From assembly GCF_001194135.2 (NCBI RefSeq), contig NC_068998.1:38411202-38475201 (forward strand): 64,000 nucleotides of DNA, written 5' to 3'. The DNA comes from Octopus bimaculoides (lineage: Eukaryota). The position numbers and the translations under genes are program-made. This document shows positions 12,179 through 24,719 of this stretch, piece after piece. The number at the start of each line of letters is the position of its first letter. Position 1 is the stretch's first letter. Below the pieces are notes generated by a model. The model had not been told where the DNA came from, made no database searches, and was given only the letters and a program-made list of their open reading frames with translations.

Positions 12179-13287
12179 CTGTGTGTGTGCATATAGTGGC
12201 CTGCTGCAGAATTGTGCTCTTTTGTTTCTGGCTGCCTCCTCCTTGATATTTCTGGAAGCATCAGCTCAAAAAAGAAACTGAAGTTAATGTGCAGCCTCTT
12301 GCTCTCTTTTCATTTTCTAACCTGAAGGGTTAGGGAGGAGCTTCAACTTAATGTTGCCTGTCTTTTTAAAATGCCATCTTTAAATATTGGTTCTGCTAAT
12401 TTTTTAACTGACTGACCAAGCAACAAACACTAAACAAACAATTCAACAGAATGACATTGAACATTTTAGAAAGAAAATCATCTTTTAAATATTGACAAAA
12501 AAAAAAGGGGGAGAAAAAGAAATTGGAAAGAAATAAAGAAATTTTTGAAGTTATTGATGGAAATTTGGAGCAGCAAATGAAGATGGGTGTTGCTAATTTT
12601 TTTAAACTTTTCAATAAGAAATGTTCACACTGTTGACACATGAAGAAACAAGCAAATATTTTGAAAGAATGGCAGTGAAAAATATCACCAAAAAATTATC
12701 TTTTAAATATGGAACACATGAACGCATAAAAAACTTTTCAATAAATAATGTTTTGCTAATACTTATATGACTGACAGTTAAATAAATAAATAAATGTTTG
12801 GAATTTATTGATAGGAATTTGTAACAACAACAAAATAAGGGGTTTGCTAATTGTCTAACTGAAAGCAAAATGGAAACTTTTCAATAAGAAATATTCCCAC
12901 TACTTTCAAATAAGTAAATACGCAAATATTTTAAATGAACGATAGTGAAAATGCCATAAAGAGAATCTTGTTTTTTTTTTATGAATGAATATAAATTTCT
13001 CCATGAATGCTGTTCCTGTTATACATAGAGAGGGATTTTAAAAGGGAGTATTATCTCAATGAATGAGCAACATGTTGGACTCGTAGATAGAAATATCTTG
13101 ACTGGAAGAAATGAGCAACTATCCAAGAATAATGGAGATGATGGGCAGATGTAATGGATTAAAATGTGGAAATTTTACAACAGTATGAAAATTCTTGCAA
13201 ATACATAGGCCTGTATAGATTCACATAACTGGGACACAAGCATTCAGTATAAATGTTGAATAATACTGATATATATGTATACCTATG

Positions 13288-13333
<46 letters not shown>

Positions 13334-13344
13334 GATCTATCTAT

Positions 13345-13598
13345 CTTGTAATGTTCTCGAGTAAAAACTGTCCTCCTCTCTTTTTACACGAAAACATTAC
13401 TGTGATACACGATCCCTATTGATCGCTTTTTTTTTTTGATCCCTTTTGATTGAACTCCCCCCTTTTTTTCCCTTCCTAGGATCCCTTTTGATCGACACAC
13501 CCCTACTTTTTTTTTCTTCCTTCCCCCTCCCAAAAAGAAAAGCTCTACATTGTATTTGTCCCATCTTTGTTGAGCCCCGTGTGGTTAATAAAAGAAAT
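13345..13598 (+). mobile_element. LINE 3'UTR fragment inserted in (TATC)n
   Basis: Pyrimidine-rich body ending GCCCCGTGTGGTTAATAAAAGAAAT, flanked on both sides by (TATC)n. Confidence 0.55.
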
Positions 13599-13599
13599 G

Positions 13600-13652
<53 letters not shown>

Positions 13653-13829
13653 ATCTATCTATCTATCTATCTATCTATTTATCTATATATTTATCTTTCC
13701 TTCCCTGAGCGTCTGCTAATACTTTACATATATACCACGTCCTCACGTTGTTGTTTTTTTTGTGTTTGTACTCCATTTCTTTGGATTTATATATATATAT
13801 ATTCATAATGATATGTAAATGTAAAATCC

Positions 13830-14250
13830 AAGCCCTCATCAAGATTTTCATGCTCCACTTGGAAAGAAAAGTGAGAGCTAAAAGGGAAGTGTTCTTGCAA
13901 GTGAATTTATCAAAATGTGGGTGACTGTGACAAAAATGGTCAGAGTAAATGGAACTACTCTAAGAATGTTCCTGTAGATAGCTGAGCAACAGTCGGTAGA
14001 GGGCTTGTACTCTTCATGGTCCTGAATTTGTGTGGTTCCTTGATTGGCCATGATTAAAGGCTCTCTGTATCAGGAGAGCTTCTTCAGTTATGTGCTCACA
14101 TGTTTTGTATCTTATGTATACTTTTCATCTCATTTCTCCCTCCTCTCCTTTTCTTCCCCTTTTCTTTTATGTAAACACCAACACAAATTATAAGCTGTCC
14201 ATGTAATGCTCACCCTATCTGATGCCCTTGGGGCAAATAAAAGAAATCAA
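13830..14250 (+). mobile_element. L1/Tx1-like LINE 3' end (ORF2 C-terminus plus UTR)
   Basis: Remnant LHLERKVRAKREV...MVRVNGTTLRMFL*, then UTR ending GCCCTTGGGGCAAATAAAAGAAAT. Confidence 0.5.
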
Positions 14251-14698
14251 TGTTGTTGTTTTGTCTTGTATAACATATTGCCCTTAGCTTGTTGATACAA
14301 CTCACACCTCACACTTGTGGTGTTTCAAATTTGGTATTTGAAATAAAAAATAAAAAATAAAAAATAAATATAAAAATATCAAAACCTGCTTTTAACCCCT
14401 ACAAAGCTTAACTCCATTTTTAAAAATAAATCCTGGAGAGGAACAAACAGATGTCATTGCCAGTAATGTCACACGACTGAACTCAAAGACCTAGTCTTCA
14501 ACAACACCATGGTGGTGTTAATAAGTAATTAACTACATGCTGTTCTATGATAAAGACTTAGACAATGTGAACCTCATTTTAACATTAGGGAATTTATTGT
14601 GGGTAGAACATTTGCCTGCCACTTAGAGCAGGTCAAGCAAGTACTCGAGACTTGCCTCATTGTAATGCGCTAACAAAGAAGTCTTTTGTTTCTTACAG

Positions 14699-14777
14699 AA
14701 ATACCAACTTCTCCTTCTGAATATCGCATGGAATCTATCTTCTTCCTCAGCCAGATGTTCTGTCAGACCACAGTCAG
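14699..14777 (+). CDS. Candidate plus-strand exon with GC donor
   Basis: Branch point GCTAAC (14669), acceptor TCTTTTGTTTCTTACAG, frame (E)IPTSPSEYRMESIFFLSQMFCQTTV(R), donor CAG|GCAAGA. Confidence 0.35.
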
Positions 14778-16048
14778 GCAAGAAACTATTCTATTGTATT
14801 TCATTCATTTTGTGGCAATATGGAGTGTTTTGTCTTAGTAATTTTCTGACTATACACATTTGTCTTTGGACCCTTTGGATATGATATAAATATGTGCATG
14901 TGTATGTATTTATATCTGGTGCGCATGTGTGTGTGTGTGTGTGTGAGAGAGAGTAAGTGAGCATGTCTGTTTATGAGCATGAAAACCATAGAGTAAAGAA
15001 TGCATACTAAACATACATTATTTCATCTTCACTATATTTTATCTGTCGTAAAATAGGCCTTACAGTATTTGTCTAAAATCTTTGTATTCCTCACCATCAT
15101 CATCATCATCATCGTCATTTAAAATCTGTTTTCCATGTTGGCATGAGTTGGATGGTTTGATCAGAGCTGGTAAGGCTGCGAGTGGGGTTCACACCAGACT
15201 CCATTGTCTGTTTTGGCATAGTTTCTATGACTGGATGCCCTTCCCGACACCAACCATTCCACAGAATGCGCCGGGTGCCTTTTAAGTGACACCAGCACCG
15301 GTGCTTTTAATGCATCACCACCATGAGTGCTTTTCATGTGGCACCTACACCAGTGCTTTTAATATGACATCATCACGAATGCTTTTTATGTTTCTATGTG
15401 ACCCCTGCACCAGTGCTTTTAATGTGACACCAGCACAAGTGCATTTTTATGTGGCACCTGCACAATTTCCACAGAGGTTAGCTTTATCTTTCATCCTTCT
15501 GGGGTTGATAAAAATAAAGTACTAGAAGAACAGGGATCAATGGTATTCCTAACCTGCTCCCTTCAAAATTGCTGTTCTTCTTCCTAAATCAGAAACCAAT
15601 ATTAATAATTTCTAACATAGGCATAAAGCCATGGATCTGGAGGATGAAAAGTTTTATTATATCAAACTAGTACTACATTGGTACATTATTTTATCAACCC
15701 TGGAAAGATGAAATGCAAAACAGACCTTAGCAGAATATGAATCCAGAACTATATTGAACTCTGCTCTTTAGTATTTCATCCACTGTTTCACCAATTCTGC
15801 CAGTCCTCTGCTCTTTCCACTATTGATATGAGGGCAGAGCAGGCCCCCAAAAACTGCTCTATTGGGGACAGCTAAGGTTTTGAGGTTGATGCTTGGATGT
15901 TGAGTATCTTCCATGACAGTTAATACCCAAGTACCAAGTCTTATAATTTATGGAAAGAGACCCTGTGAGACCACTGACAACGGGTTACTGTCCGCTCTCA
16001 CATAATCAGCCGGAGCAAATAAGGCCGAGAGCACTGAGAAGGGAAATG

Positions 16049-16097
<49 letters not shown>

Positions 16098-16230
16098 AGT
16101 AACCATAAGAGCACCACAGCAAACCACAACACATACCCAAGGCACACAGAGCTGCGCTCGGTAGTGAAGTGAAAGCACGTTATAAAAATAAAACTACTGA
16201 ATAATAATGATAATAATAATAATAATAATG

Positions 16231-16316
<86 letters not shown>

Positions 16317-16328
16317 AAGAAGAAGAAG

Positions 16329-16362
<34 letters not shown>

Positions 16363-16372
16363 GCAGCAGCAG

Positions 16373-16406
<34 letters not shown>

Positions 16407-16410
16407 AACA

Positions 16411-16908
16411 ACATTAATAATAATTGCAGAAGGAGTTACCAAGAATGAAGACTGCAAAATCCTGTGAGATGCAAAGATTCAGTTTGAGCATCAGATCAGA
16501 CAATAGAAACTTGACATTGTTGTGGTGAACAAAAAAAGGAAAAAAACTTTCATAATAATCGACAGAGCACGTCCGAGTGACAACAGGATCAAAGAGAAGG
16601 AAGGGAAACAGAACATCTATGATGATTTGAAGTGGGAAATGCACAGGTTGAGGGCAATGAAAAGAGGGGAAATGATACCAGTAATAACTGGTGTGCTTGG
16701 AAGTATCAGCACTCAACGACCAACATGGCTCAAAAGATTGGCACCAGCATAAAGATAGAACCCTTATCAAAATCATCATTGCTTGGAACTGCAAGAGTTC
16801 TCTGCAGGGTTCTTGAAGCATGACCAGTAAACAAGTGCCACCTTAGTCTGCTGATTGTGGACAGCTGACACTTTCCATCATACCCAACAAAATAAGCTGT
16901 GAGTTTTC

Positions 16909-16910
<2 letters not shown>
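16411..16910 (+). mobile_element. R4/Dong-clade LINE 3' fragment (restriction-like endonuclease)
   Basis: EGVTKNEDCKIL..KLDIVVVNKKR..IIIDRARPSDNRIKEKE..YDDLKWE..LLGTARVLCRVLEA*; followed by a (TAA)n tail. Confidence 0.85.
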
Positions 16911-16943
<33 letters not shown>

Positions 16944-16944
16944 T

Positions 16945-17239
16945 ACTACCTAGCTCAGATACCAGGAAACCTCAAAATGGCTGAAGTTCAAAAGATAGTG
17001 CTCATGGGAACTGCCCATATCCTGCGTAAAATACTGTCTATGTGATCTCAAATTTTAAAACAAACACATAATTTTCTTATGGTTTCTTAAACATTCTCTA
17101 GAACGACACTATGTACAAATCCAAATATATGGTACCCTAGGTATAACACCTACATGAACTTCTAACTTGTTGTCTCTTGAGGTCTCTGCGTGAGACTTAG
17201 ATCCAACTTGTACAAATGCAAAGCAAAAGTCAAACATAA

Positions 17240-17278
<39 letters not shown>
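16945..17278 (+). mobile_element. Second R4/Dong-like 3' fragment
   Basis: MAEVQKIVLMGTAHILRKILSM*, then UTR and (TAA)n. Confidence 0.7.
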
Positions 17279-17465
17279 CGTGCAGGATTATTACAGCCAC
17301 TCATCCCGCATGTCTACTTACATATTGGATAGCATTCTCAGGATTCTTAACCGAATCTTTTATTAAAAAATGGATTAAGATAGTTCTCATTCCAATATCC
17401 ATAATAAGAATAGATAATCTCTGTATTAGTTATTCTCTCATATATGATGTTACTAGCTGACATAC

Positions 17466-17557
17466 CTGGTAATTCCTGGAAAAGCAGGGCTGATCCTTTG
17501 GTTCTGTTCTCATAATTGCTTCGCTAATCCAATAACAACAATATAAAGTATGTAGCC
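17466..17557 (-). CDS. Candidate exon of the minus-strand gene
   Basis: Acceptor CCATTTTAAG, donor CAG|GTATGT, only one open frame: (G)LHTLYCCYWISEAIMRTEPKDQPCFSRNYQ, phase 1 to 0. Confidence 0.45.
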
Positions 17558-17855
17558 CTTAAAATGGGTTTGTGCATTTACAGAGAATACTGAACAGTCT
17601 TACACAGGATCTTGTTTTTAGGAATTCCCAATAAGTTATGAATACCCAAATTATGATGTCAGTTATGTAATAACATGAAATTAGTTACCCGAGAGTAAGA
17701 ATTCAAATAAAGTAACCCCACAAAGGGCTCTAATGCATATAATATCCATCATTGTATTCTTCCTTGTTTATAGTAATGGGGCTTGATTAGAGGGTGATTT
17801 AGCTGCTGTTCAAGCAGGTCAAACCATGTAGACCAGTATTTATCAGTGTGGTCTT

Positions 17856-18080
17856 TTAATCCTTTGGTATTAAGATTATTCTGTCAAATATACTTCTTAT
17901 TAATCCACATTGTTTTGGATTAATCATACATTACATCATAGTTTCAAGATTTTGATGTATTTATTTATTTTTAGAATAATATTACAGGATAGGTGGAAGA
18001 GGCTGGATCTGGCCAGTTTGAACATACACCATGTAAAATATTTGGGCCGGATAGGGCCAGTTTAAATGCTAAAGGTTTAA
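17856..18080. mobile_element. piggyBac-type MITE (older copy)
   Basis: TTAA at both ends; body matches 22501-22726. Confidence 0.7.
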
Positions 18081-19004
18081 AGAATCAATAACCTGTCTCA
18101 GTGTACAGGTTCAAGTGATTTAACTCTTGCTGGCTCAGTGCATCTGACTGAAAATAGATACAATAGGTAGGTATAACTCAACAACAGCAACCAGTGAGCT
18201 CACTATACAGTTTACAAGGATTTTGTTAAGCTTGAAAGAAAACAACATGAAAAAAAGCAGTGAATTCTCTCCATAGAGATCTTAAAAATTGGTAGAATTG
18301 TCAGTTCATTTTCTCTCACAATACCTTCAATAATATAAAGTGATCGACAAGCAAAAGTAGCAACAACAACAACAGTAATAACCAGTAAGTAAACTAAAAC
18401 TACAAACAGTGAAAAGTGTATGTTCCAGAACACGATACTTATATTGCTGCAAAACACAAAGATGAAATATTTGTAAATATAAAGGCAATTTGCTCTCTCA
18501 GATCTTGTAAGCAATTCTTAAGCTTATTAGCAGTAACGCTTAACATCATTAGCTGTTCTGAAGACAGTTGGCATTTCAGAATCCCATCAGAGTTGTAGAA
18601 TGGTATTTTCCAACAGACTGAAAGGCCACACCAACTGGTGCTGCCATTGTTCATACAGTGACTGGCCTGCCTGACTAATAACTGGCAAATTGGAGAAATA
18701 TCTAGGCTACTCAGATACAGAGAAAACTTGATTTCAGGAACAATAGAAAACTAAAAGTGATAGAGTTGTTCTTCTGTTGGCATATTAATTAGCTGGGGGT
18801 AGATGGTTACAGTTGAGGTTACAATAATAGTAGCAGTATCAATGAGTAAAGTGGTACTGGTTTCAAATTTTGGCATAACGCCAGCAATTTCAGGGGAGGG
18901 GATAAATTGATTACATTGGCACCAGTATTCAACTGGTACTTATTTTTTGACCCTGAAAGGACGAGAGATAAAGTGGACCCCGGCAGAATTTGAACTCAGA
19001 ACAG

Positions 19005-19170
19005 ATATTTGTCCTCATCTTGTTTTTTGTTAACACTAACATTTCGGCTGATATACCCTCCAGCCTTCATCAGGTGTCTTGGGGAAATTTCGAACCTGAC
19101 TTCTTATTGTTAACAAAAGACAAGATGAGGAAAAAATATCCATCAAATGTAAATAATGTAAATAATGTTC
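19005..19170 (-). mobile_element. Penelope-like terminal fragment with inverted end
   Basis: Matches 59146-59290; 19005-19035 is repeated inverted at 19103-19140. Confidence 0.65.
19032..19078 (-). ncRNA. Minimal type I hammerhead motif, core intact
   Basis: GACAC-CUGAUGA-A-GGCUG/GAGGGUAUAU/CAGCC-GAAAUGUU-A-GUGUU. Confidence 0.6.
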
Positions 19171-19750
19171 CAAAGTTTAACACAAAATTTCACAATGGCT
19201 CTTTGGTCCTGTCCATAACAAAATCGCAGACTACATCATACATGTGATCACGGAAACACATATTTCACCACTTGTGATGTAAATACGGTGATGTCACTTG
19301 GCACACTGCCTCATGAAGGTCACTGCTAGCTCTCACTACACATCCAACCATGTGCTACAGAACTAGACCAGGGATGTTTTGATACCACCTCATATATAAG
19401 CATAATGTAAGAGTACACACTTTTGATGCAAGTTTGATGAAGTGCCACTCTAAAGTCTAAAACTTCAAATATTACGTAACTTTCCACTTTGAATTTTTGC
19501 ATAAACTGACGTTGCAAGCAGAATTGGTCCATCAAAGATTTGTTGAAGTATTTCTTTCTCTTATTATTTGGATTATGTTTTATCTCTTTGCTAAATCCAC
19601 ACAACAGTTTTACTGTTGTTAAACCAGGATTTTCTACACCTGAAGAATTTTGATATTTGTTTGGAATCTGACAGTTATGATGGCCCAGATCTTCAGTTCA
19701 GTGTTTCATTGGAAATATTCTACCTTTATGTCCTACAAGGACCTTAGATC

Positions 19751-19785
<35 letters not shown>

Positions 19786-20069
19786 NNNNNNNNNNNNNNN
19801 NNNNNNNNNNNNNNNNNNNNNNNNNNNNNNNNNNNNNNNNNNNNNNNNNNNNNNNNNNNNNNNNNNNNNNNNNNNNNNNNNNNNNNNNNNNNNNNNNNNN
19901 NNNNNNNNNNNNNNNNNNNNNNNNNNNNNNNNNNNNNNNNNNNNNNNNNNNNNNNNNNNNNNNNNNNNNNNNNNNNNNNNNNNNNNNNNNNNNNNNNNNN
20001 NNNNNNNNNNNNNNNNNNNNNNNNNNNNNNNNNNNNNNNNNNNNNNNNNNNNNNNNNNNNNNNNNNNNN

Positions 20070-20167
<98 letters not shown>

Positions 20168-20434
20168 AGCAATAGGCCTCTTTCAATTTCCATCTGCTAA
20201 ATCCATTCATAAGGTAGATACTTGCCCAAAGTGTGCCACGCAGTGGGACTGAACCCAGAACCATGTGTTTGGGAAACAAACTTCTCACCATACAGCTCAG
20301 CCTTTTATTTTTTTTATTTTTTACAGTTTGACCAAAGAAGTTGGAAGGTAGCAGCTGTGATCCCTTTTTTGTGTCTCCCAGTTTGTTAGGATAAAAGGAG
20401 AAAGCTATCCTTAGACTAGACACCTGGCTTGAAT

Positions 20435-20690
20435 ACTTGCAACAGGGTTGACTCTGCTGATGACATCTACAGGTCAGGTAACTGTAGTGTTAAACTGGGT
20501 AAGGGATTGTCTGCTAGAAATAGCAACTAAATCTCCCTTAAATCCAACCGTACCATCTTAAAAGCAAAGAACACACTGAATATGTGGGCCTAAATAAATT
20601 CACTGACTGCAAAAAAAAAAGACGAGGTGATTACGTGTGGATTGCCTTTGATCACAGGTCTACTTGATCAAGGCTGATGTGGGTAGAAGC

Positions 20691-20720
<30 letters not shown>
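20435..20720 (+). mobile_element. Unclassified SINE-like repeat ending in (CAA)n
   Basis: GATCACAGGTCTACTTGATCAAGGCTGA..(CAA)n tail; the CTAGAAATAGCAACTAAATCTCCC motif recurs inverted near 17790, 26250 and 44425. Confidence 0.5.
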
Positions 20721-20721
<1 letters not shown>

Positions 20722-22500
20722 GAAGCAGCTGTAGTAAATCTTAAAGCACATTTCAAGTCAGTTAAAGAAAATATTAGACATTATTATTATTATTGAAACA
20801 TACTTCAGTGTACAATACAAGCTGAAACCCACTAACTTGAAAAACTTGAAGGAAAACTTAAAATTATAATTCAACGGTCACAGATCAAAGTCTTCCCTCT
20901 CTCTTTCTCCACATACATATATATATATATATATAAATGTATGTATATATAGTTTCTCTCTTGGTCTCTCTCTCTCTCTCTCTCTCTCTCCATCTCTGTA
21001 TTCCTTGATCTCTATCTGACTCAAGGTTCCCCTCTAATGAATACCATTCTTTTCATCTTAGTATTGAAGTATTACAACTATATAATGTTAATAGAGTTAG
21101 AGATATTAATGTCCAGATATTGGGTTTCTTTTCCTAGCAGCATACATGCTTAATGAAGTGTGGTGTTGCAGTCTCTGTTTTGACCAGTGGTATTCTCACA
21201 TACTACTGTGTAGAGAATGAGTGATGTATGTCTTGACCAACAGGCATATTTTAAGAACTTCACACAAGACCAAAAAAAAAAAAGAAAATAATAATAATAA
21301 TAATAATAATAACACCAATAATGATAATAATGATGATGTTGATACGAATAATGATTCATTAATGGAAAGCTACTTTAAATACTTAAATTACTTTATAATT
21401 ATACTTTTGCATACCATGTGCCTTAAACAACCACTCCTGGTTTACAAAGCATCCATATATGTATTGTTTCCATCTGTTTAACATGGAAGCGCACGGAAGG
21501 ACAGGATAATAAAGCTGATATAAACAAAAGTGAGTTTTGCACCAAAAGCCCCCATGAGAGCTTCTCTCGTGGTAATTGTTGCAGTATAGCTTGTTCTAAT
21601 AGAACATTCATGTCTAAGTGAGGATAATATCACCTCTCGGTATTAATACTGCCTCTGTCACTAATAAACGTATATTTTTTTAACAAGCTCACTGGTTAAT
21701 CATGACCCCTAGCACCTGTTCTGGCACAGTTATTCTATAGTAGCTTGAAATCCACACTCTGTGAACTTTTAAGTTAACTCCCATGGAGAGCTAATTGGAC
21801 CTGCAGCCCAAAACTAAAGTGAGCAATAATAATAAAGCATTTATAGGTACCCTACCAATGTAGCATGACCCTACCAATATGGTATTACTTTAAATTCGGC
21901 TTCAATGAAAAACTTGTAAATTCACAAATTTTTGGAGTTCTTTGAAAATTTGAATTTTCAGCTGTTAGCATATAACAAATCCTCGTCCAGACCTGATTCC
22001 AATGCTGGATATTCAAGAACCAAATGAAGGGCAAATTTTCAATCCCAGGATCATACTGATTCCAAAAAGGTATATGTAGACTGAGATACAGGGATCCTGG
22101 ACAGACAGATAGACAGAATTTCATGTTTATTATTACAAATATTGCAGGGAGGGAGATGAGCTGTTGTTATCTCTAGCGGTTGAGTGTCCATCATTGATAA
22201 GACCAAGCAAAGTCAAAATCACATTATCTGGTGATCTCATTAATGGAGATGGCAGGGATCTATCTCTTCACTAGCAATATAAACAAGAGTGCATTTTGTA
22301 CCAAAAGCCAATTTGAGACTTTCTCTCATGATAACTACCACAGTATAGTGTGTTCTAACAGAACATCCATGTTTAAGTGGAGATAAATATTACCTCTCAA
22401 TAAAGTTCAAAGGAAGGGGTCAGCAACCTATTCATGTCACTTATATTGGCCTGAGACCTTAATCAGAACTCAAAGCACTTGATGGTTACTTCCAACTACC

Positions 22501-22726
22501 TTAACCCTTCAGCATTCTGATTATTCTGTCAAATGTAATACTTATTTATTCACATTGAATTGAATTAATCATGCATTATTGTGTGGCTTCAAGATTTCAA
22601 TGATGTAATTGTCAATTTTTGACTGACATTGTAGAGTTGGTGTGAGAGACTGAATCTGGCTGGTTAGAAAATAAAACAAGTAGAATATTTGGACAGAAAT
22701 GGCTGGCTTAAATGCTAAAGGGTTAA
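22501..22726. mobile_element. piggyBac-type MITE
   Basis: TTAA TSD at both ends, TIRs CCCTTCAGCATT / AATGCTAAAGGG; further copies at 33815-34265 (two partial, tandem) and 56522-56742. Confidence 0.85.
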
Positions 22727-24674
22727 ACATATACATTTTGATTGAATAAAAGACAGGATGAGAATTGATACACTTGGATCACAGGCTTGTTTGATTAGGG
22801 ATAACCTGTTCTTTTACTTGTTTCAGTCATTTGACTACGGCCATGCTGGGGCACCAACTTGAAGGATTTTAGGTGAACAAATCGATACAAGGACTTATCT
22901 TCCTTTTAAGCCTGGTACTTATTCTATCAGTCACTTTTGCCGAACTGCTAAGTTACAGGGACATAAATACAATAACACCAGTTCTCAAGTGGTGGTGGTG
23001 GAGGGACAGACAGACACAAACACACACACACACACATGACGAGCTTCTTTCAGGTTCTGTCTACCAAATCCACTCATGCGGCTTTGGTCAGCCCAATGCT
23101 ATAGCAGAAGACACTTGCCCAAGGTGCCACATAGTGGGACCGAACCCAGAACTATGTGGTTGAAAAGCAAGCTTCTTGCCAAATAGCCATGCCTATGCCC
23201 ATATATCGATTTTTTTTTCTTTTTTAATACTTGCTGGTTCTAGAGAAGGAACAGACATTGCCTATGGTCTTCATGCCACTGTTTGACAACCAGTGTTGGT
23301 GTGTTTACATCCCTGTAACATAACAATTCAGCAAAAGAGACCGACAGAATAAGTACCAGGCTAAAAAAAGGAAAAATAAGTAGTAGGGTCAATTCTTTCG
23401 ACTAAAATTCTTCAAGGCGGTGCCCCAGCATGGCCACAGTATAGATAGATAGATAGATAGATAGATAGATGGATGGATGGATGGATGGATGGATGGATGG
23501 ATAGATAGATAGATGATACTCACACACACAGGTGACAAGCTTCTTTCATTTCCTGTCCACCATGTCCACTCACAAGGCTTTGGTCAACCTGGGGCTACAG
23601 TAGAAGATACCATTCCCAAGGTGACGCACAGTGGGACTGAAACCAAGACTACACATTTTGAAAGCAAACTTCTTAACCACATAACCGATAGAAGATGGAA
23701 AAGCAGTACCCTTGTTTTTTACAGTCCTCAAACTCTTAAGAATGATATGGTTAATATTCCATTTGAACATTATTTTTTATTCTTTATTCTTTAAACGCTC
23801 ACACATTCAAGCAAGTTCACGTTGAAAAACAGTCTGCCTTTCTGCCAGTTGTTTGTTTGACTCTTGTTCCATAAGATATTTTATATGGATCTGGTTTACA
23901 GCAATTACATAACAATAAAAATATGTTATGCAAACAGTTCAACTACTGAAATTCAGAATCAACCTGTCACCACACTTTTAAAGCACGAATGACTCACTTG
24001 TCTATTCTGAATGATTACTTCACAATAATATGCTCAACCAACTCAATATAGTCCAACAGAAAGCTTTAACATCATTGTAGTTATTGATGTAGAAGCTGCA
24101 AAAATGCCTAGTCAAAAGTTTGTTACTACAGTAATCTATAAAATGCATCTAAACTTCAGAATGTCAGAGCTTGGAGCTATACAACGACAACAGTGTGTAG
24201 TATGCTGTTGTACAAGAACTAATACTTTATTTTCTGTACTCAGCTAATAATATATGGAACAAAATTCTGGAGGCTACAATTGGAATCATCTGAGCAGGCG
24301 ATACTGGCTATTGTTAAGATCAGTGATTATCTATCTAGCTATTCAGGATTGTGCTATGTCTCAATAAGACAGATTGTAAACCAGTTCTTAAGAATGGTTT
24401 TGCAGCTGAATTTAATCTTTAGTGCCAGTGTAGGCTAGTGTCTGCATCACACTGATTTTTCACACACACATACACATACACATACACACACAGATCTCTT
24501 CTAAATATTTTTTTAAGCCACCATCTAAATTGGTGCAGTTCAACCAGTTAATTTTGTTTTGTTTTTAACTACTTTATACCTTGAAATAAATTGTTTTGAT
24601 GAAAGAAATCCTAAATTTTAGCCAATTTTAAGATTTTATTTTATTGTCTCTTGCAGAATTTTTTTTTTTTTTAG

Positions 24675-24719
24675 AGAGTATCTTGGAGAAGTTTTCATCA
24701 GCTTATTGTACATCCATAG
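24675..24719 (+). CDS. Candidate plus-strand 45-nt exon
   Basis: Acceptors TTGTCTCTTGCAG (24656) and (T)14-AG (24674) are in frame; donor TAG|GTGAGG; frame (R)EYLGEVFISLLYIH(S/R), phase 2 to 2. Confidence 0.45.
   Translation, partial: RVSWRSFHQLIVHP

Noticed and set aside
11246-12246. Long ORFs of 200-320 aa spanning N-runs (also 27, 29, 35, 37, 38, 47, 55, 60 and 62 kb)
   Set aside because: Length comes from X residues in assembly gaps.
18325-18446. Hydrophobic phase 2-to-1 exon that would bridge 31384 to 17557
   Set aside because: It includes a (GTT)n run and looks like intronic pyrimidine-rich sequence; a competing plus-strand candidate overlaps it.
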